Assembly (NCBI GenBank): GCA_003693705.1
Contig: RBZT01000672.1
Location: 124,001 to 188,000 of the forward strand
Length of the DNA: 64,000 nt
Direction of reading: 5' to 3'
From: Polymyxa betae A26-41
Lineage: Eukaryota > Protista > Endomyxa: Phytomyxea
Shown piece after piece: positions 39,897-51,481 of this stretch. The notes under the pieces are model-generated. The model was given only the letters and a program-made list of their open reading frames with translations. It did no database searches and was not told the origin of the DNA. How positions within the stretch are numbered: the first letter of the stretch is position 1; the number at the start of each line of letters is the position of its first letter. The position numbers and the translations under genes were made by a program.

Positions 39897-42800
39897 CTAT
39901 ATGACAATATCGCCTGCTTTTGCTGCTTCTTGCGTATCGACTTCAACCTAAGCTAGGTCACTTGGCGGATATGCGAGTTGCACGTCAACAAACCATTTTC
40001 AAGTGAACTGCGCTCAATTGTGCCTGACCTGAGATTTCGACTCCTTCTTGCTGGAGCACCTAATCAATGCCAATCATTAAGAGTCATTACTAGAAATTGC
40101 TTTTGTCGAATACATTCAAAAGCTTTTGGCTGCGAGTAGTGCAGAGAGCCTCCAAATCTGGTAAAATCTCGTAGGACATCTTCATGAATTTCCGAAAACA
40201 TTCCAGGGATAGCTCGACTGAATTATTATTGTTTACCGATTTTGGCATCTTTTGTATCAAATAATACACATACGTAAAGTACATTCATCCAATGTACGAA
40301 CTGTTGCACAACGAAGATGTAATGGTGAATCAGAAGCCAAACTGTTAGCCAGAGCCATCTCACCGAATATCTCTCCATCTGAATATGAATCAGAAACATA
40401 TTTCTGCGAGCAGGCCATCGACTTACTGGAAAGTTCATCAATGACTATGGAGCGATCCACATGCTGGTAAAGCACAGAGACCTTGCCGGTTATGATAAAG
40501 AACAATGAGGTCCCGTATTCGCCCTGTTTTATAACGTCCGTATTGGGAAGGTACGATTTGTACACCATTAACGATGCCAACACGTTCAGCTTCGACCACT
40601 ATATTTTGCAATAAGCGTCGTCGGAGGGAGACGAGGGATTCACGAACGGGCTTATTTTCCTTGATGTTTCGCAGGATACTAAACCCCCTCAATGTATTCA
40701 TCGTTCGTTGCGGTATCATACAGCTGAGGGTTTGCTTTAACTCAGGCGCGATATCCAGGAATCTAACAGAGCAGGCAACTTAGACTAAAGCCTATAAACG
40801 AATTCGATTACCTTTCAAAACATTCTATAGACAGATAAAGGAGCAGCGTTCTCTCAATACACGCAACAGTAGCAGTTCGTGGTGTGTCATTCAGCAAGGC
40901 GATTTCTCCAAACCTGAATTTTGTCAATTTTCCAATCTTACACTGACAGCGCTATGTTGACCATTGGCTATCTTTTAAAATATCGAGCTCTGTAGGTTTG
41001 CCTTCGTCCATGACGCTGATGCGGACTTTCCCAGAAACGATGATGTAGAATGTTCGATCGCGGGCGCCTTCGGCGACAACCACCTCGCCAGCGTCGCATT
41101 CGCGGAATCGAAACTGGCTCCCTAGGAGGCCTAGTTTTGACCACTAAAATACGATGGGCTGGATCCTTCGTATAAGTTTAAACAACAAACCGGTTTGTTT
41201 TCGACGATTCCGGCGAAGAAGGGCAACTGTTTCAGCCAGTCGGCTGTTCTTAGATGCTGGAATGGAACAGAGTTGAGCACGAGGTGAGGAATTGTTATTA
41301 CAAGCGGTCCTGCTTACCAATCTTTGGCGAATTCTTGCGTTCAGTTGTGGAGAAAAGTCCAGCACTTTCATGAACTTTTCTTTGGTCACTTTAAGTAGAA
41401 CACAGGACGTCAATGTTTTTGCTGTAGCTGTTCGTTTCGTCTCCATAATTAGACTGATTTCACCAAACCAGTCGTTCTCTTGCAGAACTGCTAATCTGGA
41501 GACCCGCTCGGCATTATCGGATGCGGAGGCGATCTCCACTGAGCCATGCACTATCAGATAGAATGCATCACCTTAACAGATGTAAATAATCGGAGAGTCG
41601 ATGTTGCAAATTGTATACCCTCATCTCCTTGCTCAAATATGGTCACGCCTGCATTAAAGCTCGCATATACGAATAGCTCTCCCAATATCGCTAATCCTTC
41701 TTCGTCAAACTTTTGCAGCGGGCCAATTGTCTTCGTTTCGTAATCAGAAAAGAACGGGATCGCCTTGAGCGACGACGATAATCTCTTCTTCATGGCTCCT
41801 TGAAATGCGATAGACTCTACAATTTCAGGCGCGACTTTGGTGAACCTGCGGATATCACTCAGATTCAAGAACACATCGGCGCAGGAACGGATATGGCTCA
41901 CGCTTGGAAATCGGCGACCGACAAATACAGCAATTCGGAATCCGACAAAGTTCGTGTCGTGATTGTTCTTAGTCCGAAAGAGCTGATGGATCCGGTATCG
42001 AGAGAAAGAGCAGAGCCTAAACAGATCTCACCAAAATAATCGGGCTTGCTTAGCACTCCAAGATAGATTTCAGTTCCATCTGGGCGATCCGCCACCAATT
42101 CGATCGAACCTGAACATCAAGCTTAGTGATTTCCTTATGATATCATAGTTTAACCGACCTGATAAAATTATATACAGACCATCAGCTGCTGCTCCCCTGT
42201 TATAAACAACTTTGCCCGCCTAAACATTATTTAGTTTAAAACGGCGACGTGAATCGGCTTCTTTCGTACCCTATATTTCCTGTATTCTAATAAAGCCGCA
42301 AGTTGATGCAGTGCAGTAAGAGGGACATTCTCAAAGAAAGGAATGCTCTTCAAGGTGACCGTCTGACAACGATTAAGTTTAGAGGAATGTGGTCGGCACA
42401 TCTCTAACCATATTGCCAGCTGTCAATGTTAGCTCCATATCCGGGTTCTCAGTGATACAACGCTCCAGATTTTCAACAGGCATACACAGACTAAAATCAA
42501 TCGGTAAGAGTGACGAACGTGATAGGCGACAGCCGTCTTACAGAATCACTTCCGAAGCCGTCTTGGCCGAAATCGGCATGCAGACGCCTTCGGGGACGAC
42601 GACCCCAGAAAACCATTGCCCGGGTTCGAGTATCTTCAACTGAACAATGTTCCCATTATCGTCATTGATCATGATCTTGACCTATACAGAGATAAGCTTG
42701 CTGGTAGTAATACGCAGGCCTGGGTTCTCATACGTGTCCACTGACGATTACATACATCACGTATGGATGGCCAGGATGAACTCCCTGCTTAACAATCATT

Positions 42801-43193
42801 ATTTCTGGCTCAAAAACCTGTCGTAGGAATTAGATGCTATAAAGATGAATCGAATTTCCAACCAACCTGTCTATGGAAGATATCTTTGACCTTTTTGGCT
42901 TGTTCAGGTCCAAATCGGTCGAAGAAAGCCAGACCTGCGATGGTCTCGATTGTGTCGAACGACCCGGCATCGTTCCTTGGACGAAGCTCAGTCCAACAAG
43001 GAATCTGGTTATCTGCACACTACCGTAGTCGTTTATGGACGAATTTCGGCTGTGCATCGTTTGCATCATACAATCGCGATTCCGAATGCTTAACTGCAGA
43101 ATTGGTCTGGCCGACGTTTTTCGACGCTCCCGGTTTTCGGGCTAGGGAAAATCGCCGAGATTCTGCAGGCTCCTTCTCACAGAAATTTCCCAT
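39897..43193 (-). CDS. Protein of five tandem cyclic-nucleotide-binding (CNB) domains with an N-terminal MGNFC acylation motif
   Basis: Spliced reading gives five CNB units with phosphate-binding-cassette (PBC) regions WFSGVVV, YFGEICL..LRTITT, WFGEISLIMETKRTAT, WFGEIALLNDTPRTAT and IFGEMAL..LRCAT. Each is preceded by a LKxIPFF-like helix and an (I/V)xxG..FYIIxxG strand. Confidence 0.85.
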
Positions 43194-43506
43194 CAGGTGC
43201 TTGGTGAAGTCGGGGAATACCAAACCAAAAATCAGTACAGGGAACAAATCATGGGTCCACAGATCCAAAGAGAGCACGACAGGAAAATGACGAAAAGTAT
43301 CGCTCTGCTGATCGAGGATTTCTGCAGGCCTGAGCCATCCAGTCACATGGATCCTGGATCCTAGGCTGACAATCAGTTCATTCAAGAGGCAAAATGATCA
43401 AGATGGGTTGTGAAGGTACCATTTGGGGCTGCCCACTCCCACGACTATAGTCCTATGTTGCATACATGACAGTCGGCCCTCTTTTCGTTACGAAACTTCC
43501 ATAGAT

Positions 43507-43590
43507 GCCACTTGATAGAGTTATTAAGATGTCTGACTGTATATCGAAGCCACTTGATAGCGTTATAAAGATGTCTGACTGTATATCAAA
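43507..43590. repeat. 2 x 42-bp tandem duplication in the divergent intergenic region
   Basis: gccacttgatagagttattaagatgtctgactgtatatcgaa / gccacttgatagcgttataaagatgtctgactgtatatcaaa. Confidence 0.9.
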
Positions 43591-44170
43591 GTATACCGAA
43601 CGAGGGATTCATTAAGCTTCACAGACATGCCGAGTTCATTCAAATAGCATGATAATATAAATAGGTCCTTTTATACATCATCCATGATGCAAAGTGACAT
43701 AAAAACGATTCGACAGCGGTACGATTGGAGAAAGTTTACCAGAACAGTTATGTAAAGAGTAGGACAGGAACGAACTGAGGTGAACAAAACACGTTAAAGG
43801 TCGCCAGCCCAGTGCCCGATATTGAACAAGAGCGATTAGCTCTGATACATTTTCCGATTTTGCGAAATCGTCCTGAACGTCTATGAAAACTCTATGCAGG
43901 TCACTACTGCAAGCGATCAGAATCTGACAACGAGGACATTTATTTCAGACGACACGGTCCTATAATCTCTCCCTTAATGAAGTGATATTGGCTGGACTGT
44001 GTGAAGTCGATGTAGTCTTGGGCGCGATTTCTTTCAAAGGCGTTAACAAACATTTAGATTCGCATCATTGCGCAGTTTCAGCGGATTCAGCGCGCGTCTG
44101 CCTTCGATTAGAGCCTGGCATAGCGGCCGGCTCGTCCCAGCTAAGACGCCAGCCGCCATCATCTGATCGG

Positions 44171-47100
44171 ATGTCGTACGGACGAATCCAGCGGCAGTCG
44201 GCCAGGCGACAGGCTTGTCCGTACGAGCGGCCGAGAAATACTTCTCGCCCGAGCTCGTCAGAAGCTGATGAGTCGCTGTCTGCCCCATTATGGAGCAGAA
44301 TTTTTAATTCTGTCAAAGGATTGCTTTCTTTCTCGCACCACGGTGATAAAGTAATGTTTCTGGCTGTGTGTAAAGGACTGCAATGGATGTTTGGTTGCTG
44401 CAGGAAGCGTTTGAGAATCCCGTCGAGATCGTGGATTCTTCGGAGGCAGCTGATGATTTGATCGGCAGACCTGCCGAGCCTCCTTCGCCTGACCTTCAAT
44501 GGCAAGGCGTTCCTATCGACGATATATCCTATGGGGAACTAAGGAGAATCTGTAGTGAAGAAGGTGACTTTAAGACGATCATACCCGACATTGCATTGTG
44601 TTCCTGAACCTTCTATGTCTTTATTAGGATTGAGAGTGTCGGAAGATCGCGATTTTATGCTGAACGAGTTGCGACAACATATTGTCTCTCTGCAAAATCG
44701 TAGAAGGCCCGAAGGACAAAATAAGAGAAGGCTGAGCAACGATGACACCAGTCTCGAACAGATTATGATGAAGAAAGCGAAAGTCGGATTTTCAAAAGAT
44801 GAATTTGAAAAGTACTACTTGACGCCGATTTTTTAACGTCGCTGAACATGTTCAGGTATATGATATTAATGAAGGATAACCTCAAGTTTACCGATAGCGA
44901 TGATATTGGGAAATTTTCGCCCAGCTCTTTCGCTCCTTCGGACAGCTCTCGCGAGATTCGACGCCAGGTAGTCTCGTTTCCGATTCGGTTCCAACCATCC
45001 CAACTTTGGTTGCTTTCTAGTCGCTGCCTAAACGTGTACCGACGCCGTTTGCGCATCTGTCTAACCGACGTCCATCACGTCGTGATTCGCTATCGGGTCC
45101 TGGAGCTATCGGTCCCATTCATCTATCGTTCCCATCAACTGTCACCAGCACTGAAGACATCCACGTAAAATGGTTATCTCCGTCATAATAAGCCGTCGAA
45201 TGTGCTATTCAGGATTTGTCAAAGAGCTCCAAGACGGCAAGATCAATTTTGTCGTCGATTTCTTCTATGTCGACCCCGCTGATTCAGACGAATGAGGTTC
45301 TCGCCAAGAAGCGATTACAGCCGCGAAAGCCATTCAATCCTTACGCTCAGGTCTGCATGCGTTCATGTCGTTATCTTGGTGACTGACACTGTCTAGGTCG
45401 GTCCGCCTCCCAACAAGCCTGCCTTTAGGATGCAACCGCCAGTACCGAAACCGTCTTCCGATGAGCCTGTTAAGGCGTTTCACAAACTCGGAGATGATGG
45501 CGTGCTGAAGAAGCGACGCCAAGACGACGTTAGCATGCCGTCGTTATCGCCTCCCTCCTTCAAGGTAATTCTCGTTAATGTTTTTTATTTAATAATCATG
45601 CTTGATGTAGCCTCAGCCTCCTGTGGCTCAGAAGCTGAATTCTGAAATCTGCAAATCGGTATGAAGCTTATAGGCGTTTCTTCCTTCAGCTGATAGTCGT
45701 ACAGGCTCCTGCACCTTCTTCATCCAAGACGACTTCATCATCGTTCGAACCTGCCAAATTTACTTTCCCGGCGCCAACAGCTCCAAAGCAAGCACCCGGG
45801 GCAGCCGCGTCTGTTATTTTTGCACCTAAATCGTCACCGACGCCTGCTCCGGTTACTTTTGCTGCGCCAGCTGCACCGGCAGAAGAGATTTGTCCTGTTT
45901 GTGAGATGGGAATGGATGACGTCGATCACAGTGAATGTAAGACTGGCGAGTCTTCTTCAAGTAAGGGATTTTCCATTATTGCTCTTATTGATTTAACGTT
46001 CTACAAGGCCATAAGCCATCTGTGGCGCCATTACCGGAAGCATCGGGCAGTGCTGGATTTTCGTTCCAGCTTCCCAAATTCTCTGAATCCGTCCAGAAGG
46101 ATTCAGCGCCCAGCTTCTCCTTTGCACCTCCGAAGGTTGAAGAAACATTTACGTTCTCAGCCCCCGCTGCTAAAGTTTCTGGTGTATCATCGCAGTCGCC
46201 TGCACTTTCATCTCCTCCAAAATTCTCATTTGGAGTGTCTGCTAGGAAAGACGAACCAGCATTTGTGGAGAAGGCCGAATCGAAACCTGCTTCTGACGTG
46301 CTGTTCAATGCCTCGTCAACAGGTTTCTCATTCGGTTCTGTTGATGCCGTAAAGTCACCTTCTTTGGAACCTCAAGCTAAGAAGTCGGCAACTGAGGTGC
46401 CCGGCGTTTCTGCCCCCTCTTCAGCGCCGGCTTTCTCTTTTAAACCCTCGTCTTCTACCACTGCAGCACCTCAGCCTGAAGTTACCGAATCCAAACCTGC
46501 TGAACAACCGAAACCATTTTCGTTCTCATCGGATGCGGCTTCGTTTAAATTCGGAGCCACCGCCGAACCAGCAAAATCTAACGCAAATGATGCTACGTCT
46601 GGTTCATCAGGATTTAACTTTGGAACACCTGCCTCTACAACCGCTACTGCTGCTCCTTTTATTGATCTTACCAAGGAGTCCTCTCCGCCGACTTCCGCTC
46701 CCACAACTGCAGAATTCAAGTTCGATCTGAAGCCCAAAGAGTCAGCGCAAGGCACATCTGCCACTGCCGGCCCAGCTAGTTCCTCCGCGCCATTCCAGTT
46801 CAATGCTCCGTCCTCTCAGTCAGCTGGTGGTGGTTTCTCTTTTGGATCTTCTGCTGCAGCTCCTTCCACAACGAGTTCTTCAGCTCAACCAGCGTTTCAG
46901 TTCGGCTCCACAACACCGGCGCCATCTTCCGCTGCGCCTTCTTCAACTCCTGCCTTCCAGTTTGGGTCGGGAAGCTCGACGACTCCGGCGCTTTCGTCGT
47001 CGACAGGATTCTCGTTTAGCATGAATGAGCCAAGCTCAGCCGTTAATCCTCCAAGTACTCCTTTAAAGTTCGGTTTGGCTGACACAAAGCCCGCGCCGAC

Positions 47101-47641
47101 TCCAGGTTTGACTTCAAGTTTCGGTTTCGGCGCCTCGAACTTGCAGACAGCCCAGTCATCAAATGCCATGGAAGATTCCTCGACAATGTCGGCAAATAAT
47201 GTCCCCTCAACCCCTGCTCCTGCTTTTACCTTTGGTGGTTCGAACCTGTCCACACCTGGTGTAGGTTTCGGTCAAAACCCAGCTTCGACTGGATCTGTAT
47301 TCGGCCAGGCTACGCCCTCAACCGGATCAATGTTCGGTCAGGCTGCACCCTCAACTCCCGCTTCGGGATTCGGTTTTGGATCTGATGCTAACAAGCCTGC
47401 TATTTCGATAGACGGGTTTCAGTCTGGTGCTGGTTTTGGATTTAACCAGACTGTACCGCCTTCAACGCCATCCGCTCCAGCATTTTCATTTGGATCCGCA
47501 GCCACTTCAACTGCACCCTTCCCTGGTGCCATTAACTTTGACGCTCCTGTCCCTGAAAATCTTGGAGGTAGCTTTTCGCATGGAATGCCGCCGCAAGGCC
47601 GTACGATGGTCAAAGCCAAACGAGTCGCAAGAAAACGTTAA
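44171..47641 (+). CDS. Nuclear-basket FG-repeat nucleoporin, Nup153/Nup1(Nup136)-like
   Basis: N-terminal RRQACPYERP and an amphipathic LWSRIFNSVKGLLSF. KTARSILSSISSMSTPL resembles Nup153 TARRILxxLEKMSSPL. There are many FSFG/FQFG/FTFG repeats and a basic C-terminus GRTMVKAKRVARKR. Confidence 0.85.
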
Positions 47642-47847
47642 GTTCTTCAAAAATAAATCTAAACACATTTCTGTATATTTCGTTGGGGAAAGAGATTCCA
47701 AATGAGAGTTATGCTTGCTGGATTTGCGGGAGTTTTTACCTAGGTCGTGATCAACATAATGAACAGCGTTCTCTTCAAAGTGGCAAGTGCAGCTCCGCAC
47801 CGACTTGCCTTGTTAACCATCGGGAAGGCTGAAACGTAAAATCCGTA

Positions 47848-50232
47848 TCACAAGATGAAGTCCCCTTTGTTCTGAATAAATCGATAGGGGAGCAACATGG
47901 AACAAAATTCCGAAAACTGCATTTGTCCCAAGCTTCCAAATTCGCCGATGAGATAGGTTAAGCCTTCGATCTGAGGGGAACTCCCGTGTGGAGGGTCGGA
48001 CGTAATTACTCCATTTCTTTGTACAACTTCAAACATTCTCATCAACGAGACATCCTGCGTCAAGAATGACATCTTCAATCGCTCACTTACAGCCACAACG
48101 CTAGACAGATTCCGGAGGAATATTGCAACGTGATATTCTTTCAGTATTCCAGGTCGTCTCACGTCAAATCCATTGAAAAATTCCTGCAAGCAAGATCTAG
48201 AAAGGTGATTGCTGCCTCTGGATAGCGCAGCAATCAGCAAATCCGAATGTTTAACCTCAGCATTTATCGAATGGCGTTGAGAAAGAGCCATGATAGAGCT
48301 GGCGTTGGGGTCACCGTCTGAAAAAAAAGGGACATTTAAGGGATCATTATGGATATTAGCCATCATACCAATTTGAGTTTTTTGCAGGACCCTAAAAACA
48401 GCATCGATGCTGAATCCTGGCTTCTCTGACAGCTTCCTCTTCAGATTAAACAACTGTTGTGCAATTCCAGCCAGCGAGCGTAGGAACGTAAGCAAGGCCT
48501 CGGAGTTAGACACGCATCGTAGGTCGACAGTTGAACCAGTAGCAACAGAGACAGATTCATCACTGACGACATCCGATCCTTTATAGCTACATTCTGTAGA
48601 ATGCTGCCGAAGCTCCATTTGTGTTATTGAAGTCTCCTCAGTAGAGGAATTATCGGGCTCGGATTCAAGCATATCAGTGAGATCTTCCTGAACGGATGTT
48701 CCGGAGAAGGCATCATTGTGGATTCGATTTGGTGATTCCATCACCGTATTGCCGTCTGCAGGGTAGTTCAAACAGTAATTGCATGTCAACGATGATGGCC
48801 ATCTGCCTGCTATGCTGTTTGAACAATGGCTTGCTTTGCAGCAAAACGAGGGAGCATGCATCGGATCGCTCCGTTTCAAATCAATGTACATTTCAGTTGC
48901 TGATGAGCGGTTGACATTTGGCGATACGTTTTCATAGTCAGTAATTGTTGAATTGAGTGTCCCGGAATCTTCCAAGTTATTAGCTGGGAAGGACATATCA
49001 GCTGGAACTAGTTGCACTCTTTTCTCCCTCGGCTGGAAATTAGGCATTGATTGATTGCTCTGATTTAATGGATTGGTATCATGTTGCCCCGCAGTTGGAA
49101 TGGTTGAAGGCTCATGTCCAGTTACAGCGGTCTGCTCGAAAGGGGATGGGGTAGAAGTTGTTGCGACATCTTTGTCACCAATTAACAGCGGCAAAATTAC
49201 GCTGTGATCGATCCCCTGTTGCTGTTGTTGCTGTTGTTGCTGTTGTTGCTGTTGATGAGGTTCTCTTCTGGTTTTCGCATCAAAGTACTTTAACCATATG
49301 CGCTCAATTGTTTCTATCGATGCAAGAGTTTCGAGGTCAGCCATTAAAGGCTGGAGTTTGCTGCCTGTTACTGGGAAACAGAAACGACGATTCCATTTCT
49401 CAAGAGTTATTATCATAGATGGAAATGCCCCAAAGAAATGGAATAAACATAGCAACTGTTCTCGGTCGAGTAAATAGCCCTGAAGCCAATTCTTAGAGGA
49501 TTTGACAACCGTGAACCATTCGAGTAAACTCATACATGTTGTCTGAATAGAGTCTGAAGTCTGTCTTCAGAAAGTCCTTTGCAATCATTGCTGCCTACCA
49601 GATGAAAGAGCTGTTCGGTGTTCAGACCGTATTTGTAATTGACAAACGAAAGGAATCTCTGCCATTCTGATTCGTATTTGATTTCAACTGCTGATAGCAG
49701 CAGAAGCCTTTCAGAAATCAACTAACGACTATGCCAAGGGAAAATCTGATACCAGATAATGGGAGTATTCGAGTGGCACACCTCTGTTGCAACCGGGACG
49801 CCGTCAAAAATGGGTTTCATGACGTCGAGAAACGATGACAAATCGATCCTCTCGGAATAGGTTCCTGATTGTATCCCATATCTAGCCTGCCATCTGTTTC
49901 AATTCGATACACTACAGACAATATGCTAGCCTTCTTATGAGCAGACCAGTCTCGAAATGCTGATAATCTACTGGGTGACGTTGGAAGAATGATGCGAAAG
50001 AATCAGATGAAATAACATGGCTGAAACATCTTTATAAGAATAGCGACCAGCCTGATTTAAGCCGTTGTTACGCCTACAATTGTTCTGTCTGCAATGCTAA
50101 CGCATTCCAGATGGCCCGAATCGAGCAGTTAGGATCACGCCAGATTCGCCGCTTAATTCGCTGAATATGAGCCTCGTTCTGGGCCTGCTGAGCTAGGCTC
50201 TGAACCAGGTCAAGCACAGCATTGGACGACAT
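47848..50232 (-). CDS. Hypothetical protein with degenerate EF-hand-like modules flanking a disordered polyQ region
   Basis: Spliced start MSSNAVLDLVQSLAQQAQNE and a 561-aa terminal ORF. EF-like ends IDLSSFLDVMKP and MQFSEFCSMLLP, plus FFNGFDVRRPGIL. Confidence 0.6.
49216..49254 (-). repeat. Coding CAA/CAG microsatellite encoding a 13-Gln tract
   Basis: (ctgttgttg)-type 9-mer periodicity; protein PHQQQQQQQQQQQQQG. Confidence 0.9.
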
Positions 50233-50292
50233 CAATTCAAACAACGGTAGATGTAGAGATGTGAGAAGAATGGAGAAGTGCAGGCAGCAGCC

Positions 50293-50394
50293 CCATCAAG
50301 TCTGAGGATGACTGAAGGGCGCGACCCGCCCTTATCATCGCCATCAAGTTTGAAGATGGCTGATGGGGGCGACCCGACCTTACCGTCGCCATCA
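50293..50394. repeat. ~2.1 x 48-bp imperfect tandem repeat upstream of the EF-like gene
   Basis: ccatcaagtctgaggatgactgaagggcgcgacccgcccttatcatcg / ccatcaagtttgaagatggctgatgggggcgacccgaccttaccgtcg / ccatca. Confidence 0.8.
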
Positions 50395-51481
50395 CCATAA
50401 CGCTATTGTCTCCTTCACTTACTATTGTTGGTAGTCTATTATTCTGAGTGGAACGGTGCGTTAAAAACAGACCAGAAATGATGTTTGCAGCTGCAGACTG
50501 ACACAATCAGGAAGAACCTGCCTCGCGATAGTGAAGGATATCGGCGCCCAGCTTCGAGATTTATTGCCCATTCAAATAGCTGCTCCATCCCTTTGGGATC
50601 TCATAATCAATCAAGTCACGTCGAGAGTTATTTGATATCGCAATATTGTTAGTTGAGAAGATTGCTAGTGAAGATAGCTTGCCTTACATTCAGTTCATAT
50701 TATATGTTCTACAGAAGCTGTAAACGAATTCGTTTATCTATCCTTGCCGTTATTTGAGTCTTTGCAGGCAAACACCATCAGCGAGTGTCGATCGATTCTA
50801 AGTCGGCGTACTGGCTTTTGTCACGCATGACCCGATTGCAGATAGGGGCGATCTTTCTCTGAGAAAGTATTGCTGTCGGCCCTCGCTGTGGTTCGATTGC
50901 TCGATGTATTGTAACAGCCATATCAGACCATGCCCGATCTAAGCCTCGCTCTCTTTTAAAAGGCGCTTTATTGCGTCGAGCAGCATCGGCCTGATAAGGA
51001 CTTGATGCCGTCGTTCTACTATGAAAATCATCAAGCGCGTCGCCAGACTGGTCCCACCGGCGTTGTACTATTCCGATTCGACAGAGTCGGCTTATTCCGA
51101 CTCAAAGACGCTTTTCGAGCGCTTGGTTCTGATGCCGAATAACACGACGTTAGCACGATTATGGAGCGAAAGGCTTTGTCACTATCTATCTGAGTATGGC
51201 AGGATGTTCGGTTTCGCCGATCTTTTGATAAGATCCCAACAGTAAGTGATTCTCATATTCTCATTCCATTGATTCGTAACGGAACAGCCAATACACCATC
51301 AACTCCAAATTTTCAATAGTTTCTATTTGACATCTTCTTCTCGAGCCCAGTCGATATTCTTTGTAACGATTAGCCTTTCATCAATTCGTTCATCTTATAA
51401 CAAAAACATGGAGCTATATTCTCGTGTCTATCCGACGAGAGTGACCAAAGGAAAAATGCGATTGCGCTTTGCGACAATCCC

